A stretch of 27,458 bases of DNA, from IMG/VR virus record IMGVR_UViG_3300038317_000170, positions 1 through 27,458 of that record; one strand, given 5' to 3'. Origin of the DNA: a virus. Taxonomy: Duplodnaviria > Caudoviricetes. A program made the translations under genes and the position numbers. The notes under the pieces were generated by a model. It was not told the DNA's origin, ran no database searches, and saw only the letters and a list, made by a program, of their open reading frames with translations. Shown here one piece after another: positions 25,714 to 27,458 of the stretch (the first letter of the stretch is position 1; the number at the start of each line of letters is the position of its first letter).

Positions 25714-26098
25714 ATGCAATTTTTATTGTGCTTTAATAATATCCGGATGGGTTTACATTTTTTATGCAATTTATTTTTATAGTGAAAAAGGGTAGTTGAT
25801 ACGCTGTTTTCATACGGTGGAAATTTGAAATCGAAAGAATATATTTAACTATTATTATTCTAATAATACATAAAACGGTTAGTAGGAATATTGATAATAT
25901 TGAAAAAGTGTGATAGACTATAAATATTGCTACAAGGAAGCCACCTACGTTAGAAAAAACAAAGTGGTCTTCCTACTATATACAAACCTACACATAATTC
26001 AAAAAATGGCTTATTAATGCGGTTTATACAGAATATATTATAATTGTACTTTAAAATTTTTAAAATTTGCTTTTTGATTTCTTTATGCATATTGCACA

Positions 26099-26197
26099 AA
26101 AAAGGTATCCAGCCGTATTATAAATGAAGTTGATAATGTAAACCGTGTCGTCTATGACATCACAAGTAAGCCCCCGGCAACTATCGAGTGGGAATAA
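26099..26197 (+). pseudogene. guaA: Orphan 3' end of guaA (GMP synthase); attachment-site junction
   Basis: Translates [32 protein letters not shown]-stop, the conserved GuaA C-terminus, with no upstream guaA sequence. Confidence 0.93.
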
Positions 26198-26204
26198 ACA
26201 AAAC

Positions 26205-26250
26205 AAACCCCGAAAGCCTTGCAAATGCAGGACTTTCGGGATATTTTTTT
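26205..26250. terminator. Bidirectional terminator between guaA end and integrase
   Basis: CCCGAAAG-CCTTGCA/TGCAGGA-CTTTCGGG stem flanked by A-rich and T-rich runs. Confidence 0.75.
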
Positions 26251-26256
26251 GTCTAT

Positions 26257-26274
26257 CGTACTAAGAACGTACTA
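26257..26274. repeat. CGTACTA direct repeat, candidate integrase arm-type sites
   Basis: CGTACTA at 26257-26263 and 26268-26274 (11-bp period) next to the att junction. Confidence 0.45.
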
Positions 26275-27366
26275 CTTTTTATCTTCATCATTTTCTTTTA
26301 AGATTTTTTCGTTTAGTGTTTGAAGTCTGTCAGCTACTTCACTATGCTTATTGGGGTACAAATGACCATAAGTTCTAAGGGTAGTTTCAACATCCTCATG
26401 ACCAAGCCTTTCCGATACAAGCAGTATATTGCATCCCATTTCAATCAATAATGAAGCATGTGAATGTCTGATGTCATGAATTCTGATTCTTTTCACGCTG
26501 CTTTTCTTGCATCCCCTAGTCATTTCATGGTGAAGATAATATTTTGTAACCTGGAATAACCTTTCATCAGGTTTATAATCATAAAGCTTGGAAACAAATT
26601 CTTTAATGAGGTCACACAGAAAAGGTGGTATTGTAATGACCCTCTTACTTTTTGGTGTCTTGGGTTCAAGTATTAAATCCACATCTTTCATTCTGGCATA
26701 GTTTTTATTGATACTAACTGTTTGATTGTTAAAGTCAAAATCATTGAATGTGAGTGCCAATAGCTCACCTTCTCTAATACCAGTCCAAAACATTAATTCA
26801 AAAACCACTTTTGACACAATTTTATCTTCCACAGCAGGAATGAATTTGTTAAATTCATCAACAGTCCAAAATTGCATAGAATCAGCGTTTTTCTTCCCCA
26901 TAGAACCAGCTATTCTTGCAGGATTTGAAGGTAGCTTATAGTATTTTATTGCATAGTTAAATATAGCAGTAAGTTGATTGTTAACTGTTTTTAAATATGT
27001 TTGGCTATAATTGTTTTCATGTGAAAGAAGTTCGTTCTGCCATTTCCTAACCGTTGATGGTTCAATGGTATTTATAGGCATATCCTTGAAGTAAGGTAAG
27101 ACCTTCAAATTAATAACATACTTTTTGTTTTCAAGTGTGGTTGGCTTTAATCGACTTTGACAATCTTCCATATATAGTTCAACTAAGCTTCCAAAAGTCA
27201 TATCAACACTTGCATGTGCCTTGTTCAGAAATTCTCTTTCAAAAGCTTTTGCTTCTTTTTGGGTTTTGAACCCTTCCTTCTTTTTTTGTCTGCGGATGCC
27301 TTGCCAATCTTTATAGTAAAACTTGCAGAACCAAGTATTAAGCTTGTCATTTTTATAAACAGGCAT
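26272..27366 (-). CDS. int: Tyrosine integrase
   Basis: N-terminal arm-binding domain (KEGFKTQKEA), catalytic GIREGEL, PKT, HDIRHSHAS, RLGH, TYGH. Confidence 0.96.
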   Translation of the reverse strand: MPVYKNDKLNTWFCKFYYKDWQGIRRQKKKEGFKTQKEAKAFEREFLNKAHASVDMTFGSLVELYMEDCQSRLKPTTLENKKYVINLKVLPYFKDMPINTIEPSTVRKWQNELLSHENNYSQTYLKTVNNQLTAIFNYAIKYYKLPSNPARIAGSMGKKNADSMQFWTVDEFNKFIPAVEDKIVSKVVFELMFWTGIREGELLALTFNDFDFNNQTVSINKNYARMKDVDLILEPKTPKSKRVITIPPFLCDLIKEFVSKLYDYKPDERLFQVTKYYLHHEMTRGCKKSSVKRIRIHDIRHSHASLLIEMGCNILLVSERLGHEDVETTLRTYGHLYPNKHSEVADRLQTLNEKILKENDEDKK

Positions 27367-27458
27367 TGTATCATTTCCTTTGTAGGTTTGTCAATGATGT
27401 GTTACAAAATCAGAAAACCTGACCATACTTAATAAAAGCATCAATATAAGAATTGGGA

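Larger units (their letters stand above)
1..26197. mobile_element. Prophage or phage-satellite-like element, right end at guaA 3' fragment (left end outside window)
   Basis: Ordered regulation, replication/transcription, packaging, head and tail modules; ends in an orphan guaA 3' end typical of guaA-targeting integrative elements. Confidence 0.85.

Noticed and set aside
1352-27432. Short shadow ORFs overlapping real genes (e.g. 1352, 1970, 3480, 5287, 6715, 9152, 10362, 11258, 12391, 15214, 16482, 16933, 18797, 19233, 19714, 21300, 22357, 22754, 23088, 23427, 26726, 27214)
   Set aside because: Antisense or out-of-frame to well-supported genes, with no recognisable motifs

Overview
AT-rich, Firmicute (probably clostridial)-type sequence. 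Positions 1-~26197 are a temperate phage-like element whose left end lies outside the window. In order it carries: two divergent HTH/promoter switches; early hypothetical genes (DUF2513-like, SprT-like HEXXH protein, a DUF5659-like gene missing from the ORF track); an SF2 helicase followed by an origin-like repeat region; and a 1071-aa single-subunit double-psi-beta-barrel RNA polymerase of the YonO/eukaryotic RdRP-like family (GDTDGD active site). After the polymerase come a small HTH gene, a ~450-nt densely structured non-coding region, an HNH homing-type endonuclease and more DUF5659-like genes. These are followed by an HK97-type cos packaging/head module, then neck, tail tube, frameshifting chaperone and tape measure genes. 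The late operon then ends at a terminator with no distal tail, tail tip, receptor-binding or lysis genes. About 400 bp later lies an orphan 3' end of guaA (att-type junction), followed by a convergent tyrosine integrase that belongs either to a second tandem element or to the same element in an attP/tandem arrangement. Main leads: a compact element with its own YonO-like polymerase, a candidate promoter repeat and a structured RNA; a head-plus-tail-tube but tip-less and lysis-less virion module (possible new satellite type); and repeated apparent ATA start codons. Family calls come from motif recognition by eye, not from database searches.
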